Below the pieces are notes generated by a model, which saw nothing but the letters and a program-made list of their open reading frames with translations, had not been told where the DNA came from and ran no database searches. A DNA stretch of 64,000 nt from a virus, in IMG/VR virus record IMGVR_UViG_3300020170_000012, positions 3,783-67,782 of that record. The stretch is one strand, 5' to 3'. This document shows positions 8,626 to 19,465 of this stretch, one piece after another. The position numbers and the translations under genes are program-made. The stretch's first letter is position 1. Every line of letters starts with the position of its first letter.

Positions 8626-11600
8626 GGTGCCCCCATCTGCCGTTCGAGGTAGTAGCGCCCCAGCCCTGGCGTGTGAAAATGCTCCTCGAACTTCTGATAC
8701 TTGTCCGGGTTGGCCTTCAGGAGATCGAGCGCCTCACGGTCGATCGGCTTGTCGTTGTCATCGCGCGCGGCCAGCGCTGAAGCCCGCATCGCGTACATTG
8801 TTGATGGATGTGTTGCGGTAAACCAATCGTCGAACCCCTTGATGGAGTTGCCATACATCAGGTTGGACGACGACCAGTTTTGCAGGCCGTTGAAATAGTC
8901 GCGGTCCATCGCGATGCCGGCCCGCAGGTTTTGCAGGATGTAGCGCGCGCCGGCCGGCGAGACGTCCGCCGACGGCACCGAGTTGCGGGCTTGCTGGACG
9001 ATCTGCACGGCTTCGCGGGAACCGAGCGTCCGCGCCAGAGCGAAAGCCAAAGTATTAGCGAGCTTGTTGATCTGTTCGACGCTACCGACGGTGGCGGGGG
9101 CGACCTGGGGAAGGGCATCCTTACCGAGTGCAGGCGCTGTGATGCGCGCCAGATCATTGTAAGTGCCAATGATATGGTTGCGGATTTGCATCGTCGGTCC
9201 AGGTGCTAGAACACCTGTCTTGGGCAACTTCTCCAGATTCTCCTCGATTTCGGAAAGCATGACATCGGCCTGGCGGTCGGCATCGAGGTGCCCGCGCGCA
9301 TCTTTGACGGCCTGTTGTGCCTCCTCTTTGATCATCGCTTGCCCATTCGGCGTCCAGGCGCGCTCATCGCGCGCATAGGCGTTTGCCGTCGGGTCGTTGA
9401 ACATTTCGGCAGAGGAGCGCGGCGCCTGCGCGATCGGCTGGAATGCCGGGTCCTGATGGATAGCGGCTGCCGCAGGCGTGGCGCCCGGCGGTGGACGCGG
9501 TTCGGCTCCGGTGGGGAGAGGGGTTGGCCTGCCGCCCGCAGGAGGCGCTGGAGGTGAAACGCTGGCCGGAGCGCCCATTGGTCCCGGCTCTGGTGCGGTT
9601 GGTCCGACCCCGGCTCCCATGGTTCCGGGAGCCGGAGGGGGTAATACACCTGGAAGTCGAGGTGCACCCGGGGTCAGCGGTTCGACCGCGCCTCTTGTTG
9701 GATCATAGCGTCCCGGACCCATGCCGGGGATGATGACCGGCCCCGCCTCTTTCGCCGCCTTGATGCGCGCGTCGATAGTTTGGGCATCGACCATGCCGCG
9801 CTGAGCCAATCCGTTGAGAATACTGTTGCCGAGCGCGACGCCTCCAGGATTGCCGCTGGAAAGCAGCTTGAGTCCTTTCTGGAGCGCAACTTCTGTTGCA
9901 GGCGGCAAGGGTGGAGCGCCGGCCGGTATGCTCGGGGTACCAGCCGGCGCCCCCGCCGCGCTCCCACCGGATGGGACATCGCCCGCGGGGGACACCCTGG
10001 CACCCGCAGGAGACTTTCCAGTGGCCGCGGCATGGGAAATCGTTCCGGGCTCGCCGGCTTCCTCCGGAGCGCCGCCCGCGGCACCGAGGAGCTTTCCGGT
10101 AGCGAGCCCTTCCTTAAGAGCATGCTCTCCAGCGGCTGCCGGCGTCATCGAGCCATACTGCGCGTCGCGCAGCGTGTCCCAATTCGCAAGCTGCTGGTAG
10201 AGCCCCAGCTCCATCGCTTTCTCGCGCAACGCCAGCGTGGCACCTTCGGCCCCGTAGGCGAGCTGGTAGAGGAACTTGCGCGCCGGTGATGGCATCTGCG
10301 CGCCCGGCGGCGGACCGTAGCGCCCTGGCGTTCCTTCGGCCGGTGTTTCACGTGAAACGGCCTCTGGCGCCGCCGCGGTCCTCGTTGGTGTTTCCGGAGG
10401 CTCTCCAGCTTTGCCATAGAGGAACTTGTCGCCGGGGCCGTAGCTGTCACGCGTTATGTTGGCGAGGTGCTTGGGAAGATCGCCGTTGATATCGCGCGCG
10501 GCCCAGCGCGGCTCGCCGCGGGCATCGAGCGAACCGGCATTGATGATCGAGTAGGCGCGCGGCAGATCGTTGGGGGCAAAGACGCCCGGCTTCCAGCCAC
10601 GATCGAGCATGTACTTCTCGACCTGGGGCATTTGCTCAGCGATTGTTTTCTTAGGCTCGCCGTATTTCTGGACATTCTCAGGGTCGAAGCCGATCAACCC
10701 GCGGACAGGATACCCCTTTCCGCTGGTGTTGACGTTGGTTGGGTTGAACCGCGACTCGTAGTGCAGGATCGCCGCCCACATGCGCGGGTCCATCTTCAGC
10801 CGCGCGGCTGAGTCGATGATGGCCTGGGCGTCGGCGTTGCGACCCTGTGTTTGCGGCGAAGGCTGGGCCTGAGTCTGAGGCTGCAGCGCCTTCTGCAAAT
10901 CTTGTTGCGTAATACCGGCTTGCGACAAGTATGGCGTGAATTTAGCTGCAAGGTCCGGATGTGCCTTGATCCAGTCACCGAGCGGCAAATTCTGGTCCGG
11001 AATCATGTTCGAAAACGGCTGAAGCGCCGGGAATTGCTTCAGCAAAGCTGAAACCGGCTGCTTCACGAGCTGCTGGGCTTTAGCCGCCCCCGCCGCCGAG
11101 GGAGGGGGAGTGGATGGCGGCGGCGAGGGCGTTCCGCCCGGTGCTTGCGGGGCTATACCGGGTGGTGTCGGTTGAGCGGGTGAAGGCGTCGGCTTCGCGA
11201 GCGTTTGTACGTCGCGGATGCTTTGCTGTTCGCGGTCCTTGTCGCTGGTAATTGGGGTCGACGGCGGTGTCGGTGCCGTCTGTTCGAACGGGGATGGGGC
11301 TGGCTGTGTCGGGCGATTGGAAGGCTGGCCGGCGCCTGGCCGGAACGGGTTCGTCATCTCGAACGGCGGCTTGAAGCCGGTCGGCTGCTGGCCGACGGCG
11401 CCATTGAGCTGTGTCCCCGGATAGGGAGAGGGCAGCGTCGGCGAGCCTGGGCTCCCCATTCCGCCGGGTGGGGCTTGGGACGCAGGGGTTGGGGTGCCAG
11501 CCGCCGTAGGATCAAAGGGGGTGGCCGGCTGCTGTTTCTCGCCCTGCATGTCCGGCGGCAGCGTCAGGGCGGCCGTCTGCTGCGGTTGCTGACCGTAGAG

Positions 11601-13639
11601 CTTGTCCGCAATGCCGCGCTGGACTTGGGTGGTCACCTCGCCCTTGGGTGTGAATGGCGTGTCGGGCTCCAGCCCCAATGTCGACGGATCGCCGCCATCC
11701 TGCATATGGACCGGCCACCCGGTGATGGCACCTCCCGGCGCGTAGTCAGGGACACCGAGATCGGGGACGCTCATGTCCGTCGGCAGGTCGGCCGTGTCCG
11801 CCAGAGGCGGTTGGACTTTGCCGCCGGTCCCAGGCGCGGCGAAAGGGTCGGTCGATGTCGTCGACTGCGGCGACGGCACCGGAGGCATGTCCTGAGTCTC
11901 TCTCGGAGTGAATATGTTCTTGATATCTTGGGATGATCCAGAACTTCCAATCTGCTGTGACCCGATCGGCGGCGAGAGCTTCATCGGATCGGGCTGACGA
12001 TTCGTCATCAGCTCCTTCATCATCGGCGATGGCCGACCCGACACTGAAGTCTGGGGAATCACGGTCTTGTCGCCGACCGCCGGCACGCCCGACCTTGACC
12101 TGCCGAGAAGCGGTCCGACTTGGTCTCCGGAGGATTTGTCCTGTTTCTTGTGTGGGGTGGTGTCGTCCTGGCCCAGCTCGACTTCACCGCCCTCGGCGTG
12201 CCCTGCCCACCCCGCGCCCGGCAGCGCCGGCATCCAACCGGGCATGCCGCCAGGGGCTCCGGATGCGCCTCCGGCGAGGCCCATCAGGTCTTGGCGCTCC
12301 TGCATCAGACCCTTGAGAATGCCGTCGAAGGGGGTTCCTTTGCCTTGGCCCTGATCCTCCTGGAAGGCGCCGTGGGCGGCTCCCTTGAGGTTGAGGTTCT
12401 CGGTACCGCCGGCCGTCGTTGGAAAGTGGAAGTCGCCCGCGTGGATGTTTGGCGGCGGCTGTCCGCGCCCACCAGTGAGCGTAAGCGGCTGCGGGCCGCC
12501 GAAGTCGGGACCGTAAGGCACCATGATAGTGCCTCCGGTCATCGGCGATTCGCCGCCGCCGCCTTGTCCTTGCTGGAACGAGGCCAAAAACCCGCCGGAC
12601 ATATCCGGTATCCGCTCGCCATTGGCGCCGTGGAGGAAGACGCTGTCGAGCGACGGACTGCCGCCGTCCTGGAATGCTGACGGTCCACCGACGGTGAGGG
12701 GTTCCTGGTGGCCCATCGCGACCTGGAGCGGGTCGACCGCGCCGCCGGTGTCGTAACCGGAGATGTCGTCGGGGACCGTGGCCGGGCTGTCGATGAAAGG
12801 CACGCCGCCGCCCTGGCCCATCTTGCCGCCGAGCGCGCCGAGGCCCTTGCCGACCCCCGACGTGTTCATCATGGAGGATTTGGTGTTGCCGCTGGTGATA
12901 CCGGAACCGCCCATCGCGGGCGTGACGCCCGCCGACATCGAGCCGAGGTATTGATTGGTCTGGAACGGCCAAGAAATCTGCTGGAGGATGTTCTCGTATT
13001 GGGCGTTCTGTTGGTTCTGAAGCTGCTGTTGCGAGAGCGTGCCAGCTTGCAGCTCGGCGGTGGCGCCTTGCAACGTCGCGGCCTGTGATCCGGTTCCGAG
13101 CTGAGCGAGATTCATGCCGGCCTGCTGTTCGAGCCCGGCCCCGGCCTGGGACTGGCTGACGGCGTTTTGCATGATCTGCGAGAGCGTCTGGCCAGCGGCG
13201 AGGCCCTGCTGGTTGGCAAGCTCGGACTGCGCGACCGCGATGCGGTCGGCACCTACGCCTCCGGCCTGCTGTTGCCAGTTGCCGGTGGCCTGCGACATCT
13301 GCTGGCCGAAGATATTTTCGAGCTGAGGGACGACGCCGGCACTTTCAGCGCCGTAGTATTGGGAGATGTTCGGATTGGCGCCCGCAATGTCGAGCGCAGT
13401 GGCGCCCTGATAGAAGGGGTTGGTCATCCCCTGGACGTTTTCGACGGTCTGCATTGCCTCCTGTTGCTGGGAGGAGAGGCCAGCAATTGGCTGTACCGGA
13501 ATCTCAAACGGAGTTTGAGCCAGTTGTTGAGCAGTTTCAACGCTCTGTTGACCGCCGGCTAACTAGTTTGCTACAACGCCCAAGGTGGGGGCGTAAATGA
13601 ACTAGATTGCTGACTCGAACCTTTACCGCCTCCACCCAT
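8622..13639 (-). CDS. DNA-ejection protein with lytic-transglycosylase-like domain; 5' end interrupted by a 14-nt insertion
   Basis: ORF 8622-13454 has a Gln-rich N-terminus and AAILHYESRFNP...RGLIGF (SLT-like). Upstream MGGGGKGSSQQSSSFTPPPWA (ATG 13639) joins in frame if 14 nt at about 13563-13576 are removed. Confidence 0.8.
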
Positions 13640-13756
13640 GGGCGTTGCGCATCACCATGCCGTCATCCATCGGGTTCATGGCTGGCTACCACCTCCTTCC
13701 GCGCCAAATTCAAGCGCGCCGGTAGAGCCGCGCGATGGAGACGCGCGCGCAAGGCG

Positions 13757-14275
13757 TTACTTTGGCCTATAGAATTTACCGTGAATGCGCTGCGCTGCCA
13801 AGCAGGCGGCTTCGTGGGCTTCCTCTGCTGTTTTGAAGCCGTTCACACGGATGCCAAAATTCTTGCCATGTTTATAGACCCACTTGAGGCCGATCTTGTT
13901 CGATCGCTTCAATTTTGTGTTGTGATTTTGCTGACTTTGAGAGGCGATTCTAAGATTCGAAAAACGGTTATCGAGCGCATCGCAATTGACATGATCGATT
14001 GTTTCCTTTGGGAAGTCTGGCCAATGTTCGGTGGCATAGAACCAAATGATCCAATGCTCTCGGATGCTGGTTTTGATTCCTTCGTAGAGAAAAAATTCAA
14101 TGATGCGTTCTTTACCGCCACGTCTACGTTGTTTGATCCAACCGGCACGCTTGCCGTTGCGGGATCGTAAATGACCCTTTCCAGACTGATGTTTTAGAAA
14201 AATTTCTCCAGTGTCGATTTTGATATCAAAAATTCTGTCCAACTGTTCGCGGGTAGGTAGCGGTCGTTTTCTCAT
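13757..14275 (-). CDS. HNH homing endonuclease (AP2-like C-terminus)
   Basis: IDHVNCDALDNRFSNLRIAS..QNHN; FKTAEEAHEA...HGKF; lower GC than flanks. Confidence 0.9.
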   Translation of the reverse strand: MRKRPLPTREQLDRIFDIKIDTGEIFLKHQSGKGHLRSRNGKRAGWIKQRRRGGKERIIEFFLYEGIKTSIREHWIIWFYATEHWPDFPKETIDHVNCDALDNRFSNLRIASQSQQNHNTKLKRSNKIGLKWVYKHGKNFGIRVNGFKTAEEAHEAACLAAQRIHGKFYRPK

Positions 14276-14448
14276 TTCTTGATGCTGACGGTGTGCGTCC
14301 CCTCCACCCGCCGCTTGCGCTGAAGATTGTGACGAGCGCGCCCCGCCCGCGCCAGCGCAACCTTGCGCTCGATGTATTTCCGATGGAGCGTCAAGTTGCG
14401 CCGGGCGGCGCGGTAGGTGTGAGCCTTTCTGATCTTCCTCCTTGCCAT

Positions 14449-14877
14449 TTAGCGGGCAGCCCCGAACTTCCTGACGTCCTTGGTGATGTGGTACGGCCGC
14501 GGGCGCTTTTTTCTAAGCTTGTGTGGTTTGTCGGGAGAGCTGGACTGCTTCTTGCCGAATCTGGCCCTATGTGCCGCGCAAAGCGGTGTGAGAATGTGCT
14601 CACTCTCCACAAACCTACCGCCGCGGTCGAAAGCGGTCAGCTCAAGATTAAGAGATTTAGGTGTCTCAAGACGAACCCAATGGTCGCTATCTGCCGTAAG
14701 CAGATAGGTCCTTACTTTGTGGACCCTGGCGGCAATGCAATGCCCCTCGCGAACAGCCGCACGAGCTGCGGCGCATCCGCCAGGGTCCTTTACCGAACCG
14801 CCCTTGATGTCTTCTTTGGTGACGTGAATGACGATCTTCTTAGTCCCATTCACGACTTTCTTGCCGTTGATCTCCAT
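14449..14877 (-). CDS. Hypothetical basic protein
   Basis: GGAG RBS and its own promoter at 14913-14941. Confidence 0.7.
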   Translation of the reverse strand: MEINGKKVVNGTKKIVIHVTKEDIKGGSVKDPGGCAAARAAVREGHCIAARVHKVRTYLLTADSDHWVRLETPKSLNLELTAFDRGGRFVESEHILTPLCAAHRARFGKKQSSSPDKPHKLRKKRPRPYHITKDVRKFGAAR

Positions 14878-14912
14878 GTTTTCTTTCTCCGTTGGTGACC
14901 AGCACCTACGGT

Positions 14913-14941
14913 GATTTAGTTTTTGTCACCGCAAAAGTCAA
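14913..14941 (-). promoter_or_regulatory. Sigma70-like phage promoter with operator in spacer
   Basis: TTGACT-TTTGCGGTGACAAAAAC(17)-TAAATC. Confidence 0.7.
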
Positions 14942-14965
14942 CTATCTCTTTCTTTGATCCATGGG

Positions 14966-15559
14966 TCAAGCGGTGACGAAGCCTTGTCCAATTTCTGAGT
15001 CGAGTTCCGCAATCGCTCTGGCGAGGATGACTGTTCCAAGTTGGTGATCCCAAGTTCCGCGGCTCCAGCCTCCTGGCCCGTCATGCACAAATTTCCCACC
15101 TCGGTATATGCTGGTCCCTGACCAAGGATACCCGCTTGGGCGGCTATGCTCTCTTGGGCCGAAACCGTTCCACTTCTCCCACTCATAGACGGCAAATTCC
15201 CAGGTGTGCGGGTTCCTGTTAAACGCCGCCACCACGTGATCAAGGTCGAGAGCATCGGTAACTCCTTCCTCCCAGGTTGCGAACGGCCCGCGGTTGCGGG
15301 GCCAGTCCGTGGTTTTCTTGTCGGTCCCGATGATGCGGTCACCATTGCCGAAGTAGGCATCGAAGCGTGGGTTCTCGCGCTCGAACACCGGCATCGTCCA
15401 GAGCGCCGGCACGCCGCAGTCTTTTTGCACCGCAAGAAAGCGGTCCCGGTGCGCCAGGAGCTGCTTTGCGGCGGTCGTCGCCTCCGTCATCCGCAGGAAC
15501 TTCATGGCAGCAAGGTCTTGCTTGTATTCCGGTTCCAAGGCTTCAAACGTCAGGTCCAT
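14966..15559 (-). CDS. Lysozyme-family endolysin (COG5526-like)
   Basis: GVP...FERE..FDAYFGNGD...RGPFATWEEG...EKWNGFG...YPWSGT..Y..GKFVHDG...DHQLG. Confidence 0.85.
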   Translation of the reverse strand: MDLTFEALEPEYKQDLAAMKFLRMTEATTAAKQLLAHRDRFLAVQKDCGVPALWTMPVFERENPRFDAYFGNGDRIIGTDKKTTDWPRNRGPFATWEEGVTDALDLDHVVAAFNRNPHTWEFAVYEWEKWNGFGPREHSRPSGYPWSGTSIYRGGKFVHDGPGGWSRGTWDHQLGTVILARAIAELDSEIGQGFVTA

Positions 15560-15995
15560 CTGACTTCTCCATTAGTGTGACACTATGCCTCAGTGTAACC
15601 TGAAAATCAACGAACCCGATCGAGCGGAACATTTCGAGTGACGTGGTGTTTTTTGGGTTGATGTTGGCGATAAACTTGTTGGGGATAGGATGGCGCCGCA
15701 TCAGCTCCTTCACGGCCCACGCTCCGTATCCCTTCCGCTGGTCGCTTTTCCGGATATCAATCCCAATCTCCTCACGATTGGTGATGTAGGCCGAACCGAC
15801 GCGCACGTCATCAGCCATGACGATGAACCACCCGCGGTACGGCTTCGAACGGTAGAACTCGATGTGGTCAGCGACCGTCGGCATGACACGGTGGCTGAGC
15901 GAAACCGTGTCGATGTCGCGCTGTCGGAGTAGTTCATAGAGGAACGGGATGGCGTTGAGATCGCAATAGACGTCGACAAGCGCCATGTTAGCCAC
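15543..15995 (-). CDS. GNAT N-acetyltransferase (PseH-like)
   Basis: IGIDIRKSDQRKGYG...ANINPKNTTSLEMFRSIGF; last gene of the sugar block. Confidence 0.8.
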   Translation of the reverse strand: MANMALVDVYCDLNAIPFLYELLRQRDIDTVSLSHRVMPTVADHIEFYRSKPYRGWFIVMADDVRVGSAYITNREEIGIDIRKSDQRKGYGAWAVKELMRRHPIPNKFIANINPKNTTSLEMFRSIGFVDFQVTLRHSVTLMEKSDGPDV

Positions 15996-16746
15996 GAAGA
16001 ATCTCCTCGATTTCGCGAATGCGCTTGGTTTTCATGCTGAATACCTGCCATGTCCATGAAAAAGCATCGTCGGGAGTGCTGACACCTGGAAGTTTGAGAT
16101 GCCACTCGATCATCGTGGCACCGTAGGTGGCGGCAATATCACCGGCGTGGTGGTCGGTCGTGTGGTCGGACAATCCCCAGAGCCATTGCTTGCTGGGCCA
16201 CCTCTTATCTACCCATGCCCACTGCCGCAGGCGAGCGAGATTGGCGGCACGCGCCGATACCGCATAGTCGGTCGCGTGCAGAACCGTCAGCTTGGAATAA
16301 TTTGGTGGGAAGACATCTTCGCCCTGGTTGGCAGACATGATCAGCGGTTTTCCCGTTTTCATTGCCGCGCCGATCAACAAGCTGTAGTAAGCCTCAAAAC
16401 TGGATATCTTGTAGCGTGGACAGCCTAGCGTCTCCAGGAACGCCACGTCGTCAGGATCGAACACAGAGGCGTGCCACGTCAGGCCGCCCTCGTTGGCGAA
16501 CCCGATCAGCTCCGGAAACCATTCGCGTGGGGTGTGGGTCTGCACATAGAGCTGGGCGAGCGCGGCGTGGCTGTACGCATTCTTTATCCGTGGATGGGAG
16601 CTGCGCTTCCCGGCAAGCAATGTCGGCTGAAAGCACTGAAACTTGACGCCGGTCGCACCGGCGATACACGCCTCGACGATCAACTTCTTGGCGTTCTCCA
16701 GACTGCCGCCGTGGCAGCCAGAGATTTCTGCGATGATCTCGATCAC
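15988..16746 (-). CDS. pseI: Nonulosonic acid synthase (NeuB/PseI family), lacking a C-terminal SAF domain
   Basis: IIAEISGCHGGSLE.AKKLI, GATGVKFQ, HTPREWFPEL, ASVFD, YKISSFE, GLSDHT, MIEWH, DDAFS; only 252 aa. Confidence 0.85.
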   Translation of the reverse strand: MIEIIAEISGCHGGSLENAKKLIVEACIAGATGVKFQCFQPTLLAGKRSSHPRIKNAYSHAALAQLYVQTHTPREWFPELIGFANEGGLTWHASVFDPDDVAFLETLGCPRYKISSFEAYYSLLIGAAMKTGKPLIMSANQGEDVFPPNYSKLTVLHATDYAVSARAANLARLRQWAWVDKRWPSKQWLWGLSDHTTDHHAGDIAATYGATMIEWHLKLPGVSTPDDAFSWTWQVFSMKTKRIREIEEILRG

Positions 16747-17822
16747 AGCTTCGCCGCCTTCCTCAATGCATTGCCGACCTGGATGAGATCATTCTCATAC
16801 ATCCACGCGCACAGCTCGAAGACGATGGTGGTCTTGGAGATGTGCTCAGCGATCGGCCCGTCGAACCGCGTCGTGTCCTGGAACGCCGGCAAGTGGGAGA
16901 GAGGGCGATACATGGGTGCCGCAGGCACCCCATCTTGTGTAAGCGATTGGATGATGGCATCACGCTTATCCGCCGGAACCTGGAAAGCATAGCAATAGCG
17001 CGCTGACTTGGTGCCGGGACGGGGACTGATTGGCACGAAAGCCGACGGCATATGATCATCGAGACGCTTGGCGAGCCAATTCAGGTCGTAGATCGTCCCG
17101 TCGATCCGCGCCATCTGCGATAGCACGAGGATCGCGCTGATCTCCGTTGGCCGTAGGTTAAGTCCGATACTGGCATGAATTGCCGCCTCAGCATTTTCGC
17201 CGTGATTGATGAACATTCGCATCGCGTCGGCAAGGTGAGCATCATCGCAGGAGATAATCCCCATCTCGCCGGCGTTGATCTGCTTGTGGACATTGAAACT
17301 TGTCACACAGATATGTGCGATGTTCTCTGACCACGTGCCTTGACCATAGTTCGAAAGGATGCCTTGGGCGTTGTCGAGAATCAGAGCGTCGATGTCTCCC
17401 CACTGCGAGTCGATCGGGTGGCCCCATAGCGATGTCCCGATTACGACGTCCATCGGCAAACAGTTTGAGGCAGCCTTGTAGCTGATGCCGCCGTGTGCGT
17501 CGACATCGAGGAACTCCAACGTCGCATCGCAATAGAGCGGAACAGCAGCGGTCGCGGACATGGACAATTCTGGTACACCGACACGCATCGTCGGACCGAT
17601 ATCCATCGCAACGCAAGCTGCGTGCAGCCCCGATGTCGCGCTGTTGCAGCAGATTGCGTGCTTCCGATTGAATTTTGTGCACCACATTTCCTCAAGACGC
17701 TGCACCGCGGCGCCGCCCCATGGATTGCCGGCGAGGTAGCCGGACAGCGGCGAGCCCATCTCAAGGAACCTTGTAACCGCTTTGATATCGTCCTGGGTTA
17801 TTGACTGGCGGATGGGGATCAT
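16743..17822 (-). CDS. pseC: DegT/DnrJ/EryC1 sugar aminotransferase (PseC-like)
   Basis: MIPIRQSITQDDI, NSATSGLHAA, LDNAQG, TSFNVHKQINAGEMG (PLP lysine), GLNLR. Confidence 0.85.
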   Translation of the reverse strand: MIPIRQSITQDDIKAVTRFLEMGSPLSGYLAGNPWGGAAVQRLEEMWCTKFNRKHAICCNSATSGLHAACVAMDIGPTMRVGVPELSMSATAAVPLYCDATLEFLDVDAHGGISYKAASNCLPMDVVIGTSLWGHPIDSQWGDIDALILDNAQGILSNYGQGTWSENIAHICVTSFNVHKQINAGEMGIISCDDAHLADAMRMFINHGENAEAAIHASIGLNLRPTEISAILVLSQMARIDGTIYDLNWLAKRLDDHMPSAFVPISPRPGTKSARYCYAFQVPADKRDAIIQSLTQDGVPAAPMYRPLSHLPAFQDTTRFDGPIAEHISKTTIVFELCAWMYENDLIQVGNALRKAAKL

Positions 17823-17912
17823 GAGCGTTGCTCCAGAAAAATAATGCGAGGATGCACAGGCAGAAGATGGCGAACACGATGAAGACAGCGCGCTCTTGGT
17901 CGTCGGGGTGCA

Positions 17913-18233
17913 TCATTTGATGAACGTTTTGAAGCCGTGGTCCTTGGATGTCTTGTTGAACTTTTCTGCAATCGCCGACGGAAGATCAATTCCTTCCATG
18001 GTTGCGATCATGTCAACGACGATGACGATATCAGCTAATTCTTCAGCCAACCGTTCCACCGTGGAGCGGCTACCAACAATGCCTAGCCGCTCCCGTTCAA
18101 GCTTCTTGGCGATATTGCACGCCTCTCCGGTTTCTCCGGCAAGCTCGCAACCAAAGAATGATAGACCAAGCTTGCCGTTCGGGTCCCACTCCTTAGAGCG
18201 GCGCGCGTTCGCTTGTCTCAGTTTTTCGAGCAT
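17913..18233 (-). CDS. MazG-like NTP pyrophosphohydrolase
   Basis: LAGETGEACN..KK...LAEELADIV...GIDL..AI.EKFN. Confidence 0.85.
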   Translation of the reverse strand: MLEKLRQANARRSKEWDPNGKLGLSFFGCELAGETGEACNIAKKLERERLGIVGSRSTVERLAEELADIVIVVDMIATMEGIDLPSAIAEKFNKTSKDHGFKTFIK

Positions 18234-19096
18234 TACAGGCTCCTCAGCTCCTCGCGCAATTCCTCAACCGACATCCGCCGCGCATCCGCGCTCGACACGC
18301 AGGGGACGATCTCCTCGTGCTGTTTCTCCCACGGTCCGAGCCCGACCACGGTGCCAGCTTCGAGCCCCATGGCCGTGAGCAGGTCGCCGAGGCGGTAGGC
18401 CGGCATGCCACGCGACCAGATGAACCGATCAGCACCATCAAAATCAAACAGCCGATGGCTGACCAGGTCGACTGCCTGATCGATTCGCATGAAAAAACGC
18501 GTGGCGTTAAGATCGGTAACCATCACCCGTTTCATCATTCCGCCGGCCGACGCAGCTTGCCAAGTGCGCACGACAGACCCTCTCGACCCAAAGATGTTGC
18601 CGTAACGCACGACCGAAAACTTCATCCTACCGCCGGCCAGGATGTTGGCCGCCAGCATCAGGCGTTCGGCGGTGAGCTTGGTGGCGCCGTAGAGGTTGAC
18701 CGGGTTGCACGCCTTGTCGGTCGAGAGCCCCACCATATGCTTGGCGGTCGGGGTCCGTAGCGCCGCGTGGATGACGTTGGCGGTCCCTTCGACGTTGGTC
18801 CGTACCGCCTCGATAGGATCGTTCTCGCACTTTTCGATGCGTTTGAGAGCCGCCGCATGCACAATATGCGAAATGTTATGCATCGCCATTTCAAGGCGAC
18901 GCTCGTCACGGATATCCCCAAGATAAAACCGAAGACGATCAGCGCCAAGGTGTCCATCGAACTCCCTTTCCATCTCGGCCTGCTTCAGCTCGTCGCGCGA
19001 CAGGACAACGATGCGCTCGACGCCGATGCGAAGCATCTCAGGAACGAAGGCGTGCCCGAAAGTTCCGGTTCCGCCTGAGATTAGAACGCCTCTCAC
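18233..19096 (-). CDS. pseB: UDP-GlcNAc 4,6-dehydratase (PseB/FlaA1 family)
   Basis: GGTGTFG, SRDELKQ, GDIRD, HAAALK, LSTDKACNPVNLYGATKL, RYGNIFGSRGSVV, TRFFM. Confidence 0.92.
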   Translation of the reverse strand: MRGVLISGGTGTFGHAFVPEMLRIGVERIVVLSRDELKQAEMEREFDGHLGADRLRFYLGDIRDERRLEMAMHNISHIVHAAALKRIEKCENDPIEAVRTNVEGTANVIHAALRTPTAKHMVGLSTDKACNPVNLYGATKLTAERLMLAANILAGGRMKFSVVRYGNIFGSRGSVVRTWQAASAGGMMKRVMVTDLNATRFFMRIDQAVDLVSHRLFDFDGADRFIWSRGMPAYRLGDLLTAMGLEAGTVVGLGPWEKQHEEIVPCVSSADARRMSVEELREELRSL

Positions 19097-19320
19097 TGCA
19101 CCCCCTCAATGATATCGTCCGGAAGGCTGATGCCTTCATTGACAAGCGCCATGACCAGGAGGCGGCGGACCGCGCCGGAGCTGGTCAGCACCGGATTGTC
19201 GATGCGGGTGTGCTGCCACACGTCGATCGCCTTCCAGATGGCGGGCGACAGGCGAACGGAGCGGGCAGGAGTGACGCCGGTCGGAGGACGACCTAGCGGA
19301 CGCTTTGGCTTTTTCTGCAT
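19093..19320 (-). CDS. Ribbon-helix-helix-like DNA-binding protein
   Basis: GRPPTG...SVRLSP...AID.W...SGAVRRLL; first gene of the leftward sugar operon. Confidence 0.7.
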   Translation of the reverse strand: MQKKPKRPLGRPPTGVTPARSVRLSPAIWKAIDVWQHTRIDNPVLTSSGAVRRLLVMALVNEGISLPDDIIEGVQ

Positions 19321-19465
19321 GATTTATTTTCTGTCACACGATTAAGTCTTGACTTTCGAATTCCTGTCACTCATATACTCGTTTGGTGGTCGATGGCAAG
19401 GGGCCTTCCAGGGTTTCGTCCCAAAAAGGTTGACCCGAACCGGAAGACACCAAAAGGAGCACATC

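Noticed and set aside
13570-13577. GTTGTAGC resembling the start of a type II-C CRISPR repeat
   Set aside because: Only 8 nt, single copy; chance match.
13700-14440. Group I intron around the HNH gene
   Set aside because: No interrupted host gene on both sides and no recognisable core elements; treated as a free-standing HNH.
17761-17916. 51-aa hydrophobic ORF between the MazG-like and pseC-like genes
   Set aside because: Plausible (coupled start, one TM helix) but overlaps pseC by 62 nt; too uncertain to list as a feature.
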